Shown piece after piece: positions 57,101-64,000 of a stretch of 64,000 nt of DNA. Source of the DNA: Acidobacteriota bacterium (GTDB lineage: Bacteria > Acidobacteriota > UBA6911 > JACQSX01). Each line of letters opens with the position of its first letter. Positions within the stretch are counted from its first letter, which is position 1. The notes under the pieces are model-generated. The model did no database searches and was not told the DNA's origin. It saw only the letters and a list, made by a program, of their open reading frames with translations. The stretch covers positions 37,038-101,037 of the forward strand of contig DASXQR010000221.1 in assembly GCA_036507075.1 (NCBI GenBank), in the 5' to 3' direction. The position numbers were made by a program, and so were the translations under genes.

Positions 57101-58416
57101 GCTATCAGCGTCAGCTCACATTCCAGACCAAAGATGGCGGTTTTGCCGCCTTCGGTGGGGACAACGGCAGCCTGTGGCTTACCGCCTTCGTGCTTTCAAC
57201 TTTTTCCGGCGCCCGGGAGGTCAGGGACATTGATGAAACCGTGCTTGCCAAAGCTGCAGGAATGCTTGTTGCCCGGCAGAACGCCGATGGCTCCTTCCGA
57301 ACGGACCGCTTTCTGATCCACACGGAAATGGACGGTGGAATCGACAATATCTACACGCTGTCGGCCTATGTGACAAACGCTCTTGCCGACTACGGAGGCA
57401 AGGAAACGGCTGCGGCCTTGCCCAAGGCTGCACTTTTCCTGGCCCAGTCGCGCAGTATCCCGGCTATTGCCGGTTCTTCCTACGCGCTGGCGATCGCGGC
57501 TGTGGCGTTGCAGAAGGTACCCGGCTTTGAGAGCACGGCCGAGTTGATTATCGAACGCCTGCTGCAACAGGCCATACTTGATAAGGCGGGTATTCATTGG
57601 GAACCTTACCCGGTGGAGACAACGGCCTACGCGACAATGGCCCTGCTGATGTCCAGAGATGGCAAGGGCAGGCCCGAAGCGAACGCGGCGCTCGAATGGC
57701 TCTCCACGCAGCGCAACGCGCTCGGAGGCTACGGCCATTCCACTCAGGACACGGTTGTGGCGCTGAGGGCGCTTTTCCAGGCCGCGCGAAGGGTACGCCG
57801 GGATATCTACATGGATGTGGAGCTGGTGCAGAAGGGCCGAACGCTGCATACCTTCCGCATTGATCCGACCAACTTCGATCTGCTGCATGAGGTCGATCTT
57901 CCGGTCGGTGAGGGGACATTAACGCTGCGAGCGTCTGGAAGCGGAAGCGTCGTGTACCAGGTGATCAGCCGCTTCAACGTGCCGGGAAGTTTTCTCCCTC
58001 CGCCGAGGGATCTACTACTGGACGTTTCCTACGACACCTCCCGGATTGAATCGGATAACACGGTAGACGTCAATGTACGCCTTGCTTACACGGGTCTGAA
58101 GAGCCGCACGGCAATGATTATTGCTGATGTCGGCGTTCCCACCGGATTCGAAGCGGTGCGCGCTTCGCTTGATGCGCTTACAGAGCAAAAAACTGTCCAG
58201 AGAATCGAAGTGGCGGGCCGCAAAGTGATCTTCTACATTGATGGTCTTGCGCGGACGCAGACGATGGCATTCAGTTTTCAGATCAAATCGCTTTATCCGG
58301 TTCGGGCTGAAGCGACCGTGTCGAAGGCCTATGACTACTATGATTCTTCCGTGCAGGCCTATCATCGCGAGCGCCCGCTCTCGATCGGCATGGGCCGCTC
58401 GCGAAACCGGCCGTGA
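54175..58416 (+). CDS. Alpha-2-macroglobulin/thioester-containing protein (CD109/TEP-like)
   Basis: IETDKPIYKP, YTLPRF, RQFFPETWVW, PDSITSW, MPFGCGEQNM, SLWLTAFV, LIHTEMDGG, VETTAYA, STQDTVVAL, AYDYY. Confidence 0.92.
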   Translation: MSARPATPDHPLSLSFCPAICVRRKNCFSRSLHSASGKTWRSRLLSVSFLLLGASTVSLRAGDAAVLTAPSRLYAGSISAVTLTTFDAKTRQPRLLTYSLALVSTDGSSRWWLGLGSTGRNGQARYEFSVPEAPSGSYKLQAFLSTLSEPVSVDTSITSTPAILIETDKPIYKPSQVIQGRVVLLDSTLRPRAGQVEITFHDAKGIRIARQKATIDRFGATAFSLPLAHELNLGTWKIRARSEGVESVRDVRVEHYTLPRFDLKADFEKSWALVDEPVRGSISARYFFGKDVQGKVSIRAKKWVGTWTEYARLDGSLSDGRWKFELPAVKFVAGTLENGGKGAVSIEISATDSTGQTQSITEALTIAEAPVVLNIIPRMKTLKPTLVAEFTITSQVPDGSPLSLPVDITSSFYSSGSVLLSQTTKTIVTTNGIGTLSLVPPAGSAYGEIRAQARVQGRTTASLVRVGSAYTPSGNFLSLTRTDAASTASVGQVVNFSVLSTEPGTVYYEVYAGGRTVLSDANENNSFSFAVTPEMMPRAKVVAYKITPNSEVTADSGSFDVALNISVSMAANFNAGQVKPGDPVEVTIDSGTGNRTLLGISIVDNSVLALGRSRLHLQQVFEDLERRFLEPQAQVTEVNLQLPPGPLPAANSVRTRGALDVLKEAGLSVGVSSGIAVPEGRVVFGGGVVPDIILSPPPAGPIGSPPVPDAPRLRQFFPETWVWQPLLLTDDSGKAKLKLEAPDSITSWKLAAVGTCPETSAKSGIGFGEAELTVFQDFFVEPSIPSSVIRGELFSIKVDIFNYLDREQTVTLTLDKPNGIELFGNGEVSVKVPANSASSAEFPIRPTSLGDLPLKITAAGSSRSDAVLRNLTVLPEGTPVEQVLNAVLRAGESAQVDPALSAVAVPGSGRASLHLTPSPVAQTMKGVSELLHMPFGCGEQNMIFLAPDVEILKYLRETGELAPEIRAKAENFINTGYQRQLTFQTKDGGFAAFGGDNGSLWLTAFVLSTFSGAREVRDIDETVLAKAAGMLVARQNADGSFRTDRFLIHTEMDGGIDNIYTLSAYVTNALADYGGKETAAALPKAALFLAQSRSIPAIAGSSYALAIAAVALQKVPGFESTAELIIERLLQQAILDKAGIHWEPYPVETTAYATMALLMSRDGKGRPEANAALEWLSTQRNALGGYGHSTQDTVVALRALFQAARRVRRDIYMDVELVQKGRTLHTFRIDPTNFDLLHEVDLPVGEGTLTLRASGSGSVVYQVISRFNVPGSFLPPPRDLLLDVSYDTSRIESDNTVDVNVRLAYTGLKSRTAMIIADVGVPTGFEAVRASLDALTEQKTVQRIEVAGRKVIFYIDGLARTQTMAFSFQIKSLYPVRAEATVSKAYDYYDSSVQAYHRERPLSIGMGRSRNRP

Positions 58417-58435
58417 TGCGAAAAATTCAAAAAGG

Positions 58436-58645
58436 GAACCGCCAAGAACGCTAAGAGCGCCAAGCGGACGACTAATTGGGGGACTGTCCCCCTTTTAAAT
58501 TGGGGACTGTCCCCCTTTTAAATTCAATTGGCGGACCGTCCCCCTTTTCCCAAATGGTTCCACAGGGGGATCGAAATCAAAACGTCCACCTGGATGCCGC
58601 CGAACTGAATTAATCGCTTGGCGTTCCTGGCGGTCCTCGCGGTTC
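58436..58645. repeat. Nonamer inverted repeat enclosing three GGGGACTGTCCCC palindromes
   Basis: gaaccgccaagaacgctaagagcgccaag / cttggcgttcctggcggtcctcgcggttc; inner array at 58474-58548. Confidence 0.85.
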
Positions 58646-58660
58646 ATTTTTTTTCACACT

Positions 58661-61600
58661 TCAAAACACGAACTTCAACCCGAATTGCAGCGTCCGGGGC
58701 CGGCCCGCACTGGTGACTCGACCGAAATTACGGTTGCCGAACTGGCCGTTGGGAGCCCCAAAATGAGGCGTGTTGAACAGATTGAACGCCTCAAAGCGGA
58801 ATTGTGCGGAGAGTTTCTCGCTAACGACAAAGCGCTTGTAAGTCGCAAAATCGATATTGGCCACTCCGGGCTGGGTCAAAATGTTCCGTGCTGTGTTTCC
58901 AAAAGCATACCGTTCGTTGGCAACAAACGCTGCCGTGTTGAACCATTTTTCCACGGCGCGCTCACCGCGCTTCAGTGCGGCTTTCCCAACCAGATTAGGT
59001 CGATTAAGCTCGCCGGTGTTCGCCTGATCCGTCGAATTGGTTACGCTGAAAGGCTGGCCCGTTTCGATGGTAACAATGTCGGCAACCGACCATCCGCCCA
59101 GCAGGGCTTTGACCGGACCCGTCCAGGAATTTCCCCATTGGCGGCCGCTTCCAAAAGGGAGTTCCCAGATAGAACTGTGCACGAAGCGATGCGCCATGTG
59201 CTGATTGTCCAGCCCTCGTTCCAGCCGCATGTTCGCAGGATCCTGATAGTTACAATCCGGTGCGTTTCCCGAACCGGCGAAGCCGCACGTGTCGCCGATC
59301 GTCTTAGACCAGATGTAGGAGCTGAGGAGCGTAAATCCGGAAGAAAAGCGTTTTTCCGCCTTCGTTTGCAGAGAATGGAAATTCGAGTTGCCGCTCCATT
59401 CGTGCCGCAGCACCGGCCCGAGAGGAGAGACAATCCGGTTGCTTCCCGGAAGCACAATACTCTTGTAGCGCCGCTTGGCATCGATGTTGCCGGCGCCCCG
59501 AGGCGAAGGATTGCCGAAAATCCGCCGCAGCAGGTGGGTGGCTTGGTTCCCGTAGTAGCCCAGTTCAAAGAGCCAGTCTCGCCCCACCTGCCGTTGAATA
59601 TTCAGGTTCCACTGCTGCGCATAATCGCGCGACGGCTCGCGCTCGAAGGAAGAAAAGCTGAGGTTGGTCGCCTTTTCCACGGTGAGCAAATCCGGAGGGG
59701 CGCCGTTCAGCAGCAGAAACGCCGGAGTGATGCTGTCCGTGTTGATTTGCGCCCCAAAAGCAACCGGCGGGTTCCCGATCAGGTATTCGGCGTCACCGCT
59801 TGGTTCCATGTAGCCATAGAAGATCCCGTAGCCGCTTCGCACCACTGTGCGGGGCGTGACCTGATAAGAAAAACCGATGCGCGGCGCAAAATTGTTCCTG
59901 TCCGCAGCAATCAGCGCCTCGTCGGCCCGGTTTTTCGATGATGCGGGAACAATTTTGGGATTGGCAGGATCGGTATCCATGTCAAACTGCGCCATCAAGT
60001 TCCGCTTCTCAGTGTAAGGCAATGACAATTCATAGCGAAGCCCGAGGTTCAGCGTGAAGCCCGGTCTCACCTGCCAGTCATCCTGCACGTACAGTCCGTG
60101 CAGCCATCCGCGCAGGTTAACGTCGATCGGCGTGCTGCGGACGAATCGGGATGGGATGCCGAGCAGGAAATCTGCCACCGCCTCACCGCCGCTGCCGGTG
60201 GCGGGATTGTTGGTAAACCGCCCGTTGAAGGTGAAATTCCCCACAAAGTCGCGAATGTTGAAAATGTTGTTCTGGCTTCGCACGATGTTGATGCCAAATT
60301 TGATGGTTTGTCCTCCGTGGATCCAACTAGTGTCGCTGGCGAACTGCCGGTTTTGCGAGTCGCGATCAACCCCGTTAAACGAGCCCAGGCCGAGGTTGCG
60401 ATATCCTGTGATCGCAAATTGTGAAAAAGCTCCCGCCGTTGTCAAATCAACGCCCTTCAAGCCGAATTTCGCATTCAGGTTTTCCTTCCCGCCTTCGGCA
60501 GGATTGACGCGCGTAAACCGGGTGAAGTTCCAGGCGAGCCGGTTTGAGCTGATCAGGTTGGCGGCGAACATGTGATTCCAAACCAACCCCGTGTTCCAGC
60601 CCCGAATGGTGGAATCGAAAACTCCCCCGCCGAATGCCGGCACCGGCAGATTTAAAGAGGCGGGAATATTCTGGTCCTGAAAACTGAGGCGATAGTAAAT
60701 ATTGTCGCGCGTGTTGAAGACGTGATCGACGCGAATGTCGAATTTATCGATATCTTGAATCGAGGGCGGATTGTACACATAGTTGGTTGTCAGGCTGTTG
60801 TTCTGCGGCGTTGGAAAGAGCGCGATCAAACTTTTCGATATCGGGTCAATTCGATTGTCGGGAATCTGGTTCCCGGGAAATGGCTGGCGCGTTCGCGTGG
60901 CGGAATTGTATGTCGCGGGATCGTAAACCGTGCCGATCTCGGAGAGATCCCCCCTTCGCATTTTGACCGTGGGGACGGTGCTCACGACCGTGCGCGATTC
61001 CCGGATGCGCGTGCCTTCGTAATCACCAAACACAAAAGTTTTGTCCTTGACGACGGGTCCTCCTGCAGAAAATCCGAACTGGTTGCGTTTGAACGGAGGC
61101 TTCCGAGTTCCCGGGGTATCAAAGAAGTTGCGGGCATCGAGCACCTCATTGCGCAGAAACTCAAACGCGGTCCCATGTAATTGATTGGATCCGGACTTTG
61201 TCGTGACATTGACGACCGCGCCCGTGCCGTGTCCGAATTCGGCTGAATAGGCGTTCGTCTGTACCTTGAACTCCTGTATGGCATCGATGGACGGCTTGAC
61301 CATTTCCGCTTGCCGTCCCGCCGTCGCCAGTTCCACGCTGTTGTTGTCAACACCGTCGAGAAGATAATTGTTCTGCGTGGTGCGCTGACCGCCGGCGCTG
61401 AATCCTCCGGCGCGTCCCCCGATTGGTTCCACGGCCCCTGCCGAAAGCAGCGCCAGTTGCGCGTAGTCGCGGCCGTTGAGAGGCATATCCACCATGCGTC
61501 GATTGTCGATTACCTGTCCCTGGGACGGCTCCGAAATATTCAGCAGCGGCGCATCTGCGGTTACTTGAATCTGTTCGGTCACTTCGCCGATGGACAAAGT

Positions 61601-61927
61601 CAAGTCCACCACGGCTTTCTCTTGAATCTGAAGAAGGATTCCCGTCCGCACAGCCTTCTTGAATCCCGGCAATTCCGCTTCCACCTGATACTCGCCGACC
61701 GGCAGCGCCACGACGACGTAACGCCCTTGGTCGTTGGTGATGGTAGTGAACCGGCGGTTGGTATGCACATGGGTGACGATGATTTGCACGCCAGGAACAA
61801 GCGCCCCGCTTGTATCACGCACGGTACCCAACATCTCGGCGTTTTCCACCTGCCCGTTTACCGCGGTGGGCGACAAAAGAAACAAAAGCAGAAGAAGAAA
61901 AAGTCCAAGGCGGGCATGCAGCGTCAT
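58661..61927 (-). CDS. TonB-dependent receptor (carboxypeptidase-domain type)
   Basis: AGGAGGT RBS; GTVRDTSGALVPG, MPLNGRDY, YSAEFG, FEFLRNE, RNQFG, YVQDDW, EAFNLFN, terminal F. Confidence 0.93.
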   Translation of the reverse strand: MTLHARLGLFLLLLLFLLSPTAVNGQVENAEMLGTVRDTSGALVPGVQIIVTHVHTNRRFTTITNDQGRYVVVALPVGEYQVEAELPGFKKAVRTGILLQIQEKAVVDLTLSIGEVTEQIQVTADAPLLNISEPSQGQVIDNRRMVDMPLNGRDYAQLALLSAGAVEPIGGRAGGFSAGGQRTTQNNYLLDGVDNNSVELATAGRQAEMVKPSIDAIQEFKVQTNAYSAEFGHGTGAVVNVTTKSGSNQLHGTAFEFLRNEVLDARNFFDTPGTRKPPFKRNQFGFSAGGPVVKDKTFVFGDYEGTRIRESRTVVSTVPTVKMRRGDLSEIGTVYDPATYNSATRTRQPFPGNQIPDNRIDPISKSLIALFPTPQNNSLTTNYVYNPPSIQDIDKFDIRVDHVFNTRDNIYYRLSFQDQNIPASLNLPVPAFGGGVFDSTIRGWNTGLVWNHMFAANLISSNRLAWNFTRFTRVNPAEGGKENLNAKFGLKGVDLTTAGAFSQFAITGYRNLGLGSFNGVDRDSQNRQFASDTSWIHGGQTIKFGINIVRSQNNIFNIRDFVGNFTFNGRFTNNPATGSGGEAVADFLLGIPSRFVRSTPIDVNLRGWLHGLYVQDDWQVRPGFTLNLGLRYELSLPYTEKRNLMAQFDMDTDPANPKIVPASSKNRADEALIAADRNNFAPRIGFSYQVTPRTVVRSGYGIFYGYMEPSGDAEYLIGNPPVAFGAQINTDSITPAFLLLNGAPPDLLTVEKATNLSFSSFEREPSRDYAQQWNLNIQRQVGRDWLFELGYYGNQATHLLRRIFGNPSPRGAGNIDAKRRYKSIVLPGSNRIVSPLGPVLRHEWSGNSNFHSLQTKAEKRFSSGFTLLSSYIWSKTIGDTCGFAGSGNAPDCNYQDPANMRLERGLDNQHMAHRFVHSSIWELPFGSGRQWGNSWTGPVKALLGGWSVADIVTIETGQPFSVTNSTDQANTGELNRPNLVGKAALKRGERAVEKWFNTAAFVANERYAFGNTARNILTQPGVANIDFATYKRFVVSEKLSAQFRFEAFNLFNTPHFGAPNGQFGNRNFGRVTSAGRPRTLQFGLKFVF

Positions 61928-62023
61928 TCCACACCTCCTGAGTGGCTCATATCTTACCGCAGCGCGCCTGAAATCTGCGCCTAAATCCGAACCGCGCGCG
62001 TAAGCAAGCGGACCCTCCAGGGG

Positions 62024-62146
62024 GCGTTGGTCATTCAGTCTCTCAGTCTCTCGGTCTCTCAGTCTCTCGGTCACCAGTTAACTGACGACCTAGAGACCGA
62101 CAGACTGACAGACTGACAGACTGACAGACCGAATGACCAATGACGC
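62024..62146. repeat. Octamer inverted repeat (CAGTCTCT / ACAGACTG) nested in a heptamer inverted repeat (GGTCATT / AATGACC)
   Basis: Four or five octamers per arm, flanked by heptamers. Confidence 0.88.
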
Positions 62147-62226
62147 GTGACCGTCGCTGCTGTTTTGATTCCGTCCATGCTGATGAACAAGGTATAGTGA
62201 TGTGCGTTCACGCGCTTTGTCGAAGC

Positions 62227-63621
62227 ATGAAATTTTGCAGCTTCATACTGACGATATTGCTGGCGGGTCCTGTCGCCAGCGGCGGAGATCTGCATCTTGG
62301 CCGCGCAGCCGTAAGAATCACTCCCCCTTCCGGTATGCCCATGTCGGGTTATTACTACACGCGCCTTTCCGAGGGAGTGCACGATGACCTTTATGCCAAA
62401 GCGCTGGTGCTTGATCGGGACGGTGTCAGAGTGGCGATGGTTTCATGCGACCTGATCTCGATTGGCCGCCCATCCGTGGAAGAAGCGCGGCGGCTGATTG
62501 AAAAGAACACCGGCATTCCGGCAACACATGTGATGATCAGCGCGACGCATACGCACACTGGGCCTGTGCTGGTCGATCGAACATCCCGCGACTTGACGAT
62601 GGGCCGGGACAGACCGATAACCAAAGAATATCTGGATGAACTTCCGGGCAAGATCGCAGAGAGCGTCAGGCTTGCCGCGTCGGATCTGCAGACTGTGAAA
62701 GTTTCCGCCGGGACGGGTCACGAGACCTCTCTCAGTTTCAATCGCCGATACCTGATGAAGGACGGCGGCGTCCGGTTTAACCCGGGCAGAATGAATCCGG
62801 ATATCGTGCGGCCCGTGGGACCGATCGACCCTGACGTTTCCGTGCTCTATTTTGAATCTCCCCGGTCCGCGGCACTTGCCACTTATGTCAATTTTCCGAT
62901 GCACCTGGATACCACCGGAGGGCTGCAGATTTCCGCCGACTACCCTTTTACGCTCTCCCAGGTGCTCGGCCGAGTTAAAGGGACCGACATGCTCACCGTG
63001 TTCACTACCGGCGCGGCGGGCAATGTCAACCACATTGATGTAAAGAACTCCGAGCAATTGAAAGGCTTCGCCGAAGCCGGCCGCATCGGCACGGCGCTGG
63101 CGGGAGAAGTGCTCAAAACCTACACGCGGCTCGGTCCTGTCAGCCCGGGCCCGCTTCAGGTCCGGCAGGAGATTTTGAAGCTTCCGCTGCCGCAGATTAA
63201 AGAGGATGATCTTCAGAAGGCGCGCGAACTGGCGGCACGTTTTGAGACGCCCAATAATCCTGCGTTTATGGAGCTGGTTTTTGCATTTAAGACGCTGGAT
63301 GTTGCCGAGCGGCAGGGACGTCCCCTGGAAGCCGAAGTACAAGTCATCACCCTGGGTGACCAGATTGCCTGGGTGGGTTTGCCGGGAGAGATTTTTGTCG
63401 AGCTGGGTCTGGATATCAAGAAGGTTTCGCCGTTTGCGTATACCACTATCGTCGAACTGGCGAACGGCTCGGTGGGATATGTTCCCAATCAGAAGGCTTA
63501 TCCTGAAGGCAGCTACGAAGTAATCAGCGCCCGATGCGGATCGGGTTCCGGGGAGCTGATGGTGCAGGCGGCGATCCGCATGCTGGGGGAGATGTACCGC
63601 AACGCCTCCGGGAAAAAGTGA
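62227..63621 (+). CDS. Neutral/alkaline ceramidase-like secreted hydrolase
   Basis: GRAAVRITP, GVHDDLYAKAL, SATHTHTGP, FNRR, GPIDP, LPGEIFVELG, GSYE. Confidence 0.82.
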   Translation: MKFCSFILTILLAGPVASGGDLHLGRAAVRITPPSGMPMSGYYYTRLSEGVHDDLYAKALVLDRDGVRVAMVSCDLISIGRPSVEEARRLIEKNTGIPATHVMISATHTHTGPVLVDRTSRDLTMGRDRPITKEYLDELPGKIAESVRLAASDLQTVKVSAGTGHETSLSFNRRYLMKDGGVRFNPGRMNPDIVRPVGPIDPDVSVLYFESPRSAALATYVNFPMHLDTTGGLQISADYPFTLSQVLGRVKGTDMLTVFTTGAAGNVNHIDVKNSEQLKGFAEAGRIGTALAGEVLKTYTRLGPVSPGPLQVRQEILKLPLPQIKEDDLQKARELAARFETPNNPAFMELVFAFKTLDVAERQGRPLEAEVQVITLGDQIAWVGLPGEIFVELGLDIKKVSPFAYTTIVELANGSVGYVPNQKAYPEGSYEVISARCGSGSGELMVQAAIRMLGEMYRNASGKK

Positions 63622-63738
63622 TTTTTTATTTTTTGGCAGAGTTTTTTAAAGCCGCCCACGTCTACGACCACGTCACGCCTGTCCAAATTAGTTCTTGGGG
63701 TTGCGAGAAGGCGATTAGTTAAATGGCCGTGGATCACC

Positions 63739-64000
63739 AGCCCGCCGCCTTTTGGCGGGCGCCAGCCTGTAGCCCACGGCGCAGCGAAGCGCAGCCGTGG
63801 GAATTGCGGCTCTCTCATAAGATAAAGCCCGCCCGCTTTTTGAGGCGGGCGACAGCCGCCGCACCGACAATTCGTTTAATCCTTGTCCGCTCTCTTTTCT
63901 CCAAAGAATCGACTGCTGTCGCCCGCCCTAAAAAAACGGCGGGCTTTATCGAGTAGAATGTTCCTGTTCCCACGGCTCCGCTTCGCTGCGCCGTGGGCCA
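63739..64000. repeat. REPIN-like long inverted repeat of GC hairpins (may continue past the window)
   Basis: GTAGCCCACGGCGCAGCGAAGCGCAGCCGTGGGAA / TTCCCACGGCTCCGCTTCGCTGCGCCGTGGGC; inner GATAAAGCCCGCC..GGCGGGCGACAGC also mirrored. Confidence 0.85.

Noticed and set aside
58474..58548. Possible mini-CRISPR or iteron array
   Set aside because: Only three palindromic units, with gaps too short to be spacers; no rep or cas gene nearby.
63620..63720. Possible sixth wrapper copy
   Set aside because: It has a similar left end, a hexamer fragment and GGTTGCG, but the hairpin and host arm are too decayed to count.

Overview
The window looks like ordinary chromosomal DNA from a GC-rich bacterium. Acidobacteriota is the best guess, inferred from a duplicated MacB/FtsX orphan permease, three carboxypeptidase-domain TonB receptors and a DUF1549/1553-DUF1501 pair. 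It holds about 36 genes, mostly for the envelope, transport and hydrolysis. I saw no rRNA, tRNA, CRISPR array, integrase or transposase. Five things stand out. (1) Nearly every intergenic gap holds short-period (6-9 bp) inverted-repeat elements and REP doublets nested inside one another. One hairpin-ended 'wrapper' element sits at the same position of a nonamer-repeat host at five loci and carries different cargo. (2) A 1413-aa thioester protein has metazoan CD109/C3-type motifs (GCGEQ plus a C3-like His). (3) The transhydrogenase is split unusually, with a free domain I and an alpha2-linker helix-beta fusion. (4) A secreted subtilase carries a duplicated, synonymously diverged QSTAALVD peptide and heads a peptide ABC importer operon. 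(5) A cfa-like methyltransferase/GGR-like reductase pair converges on a radical SAM gene. All product calls come from motif recognition by eye, and many start codons were moved from the ORF track.
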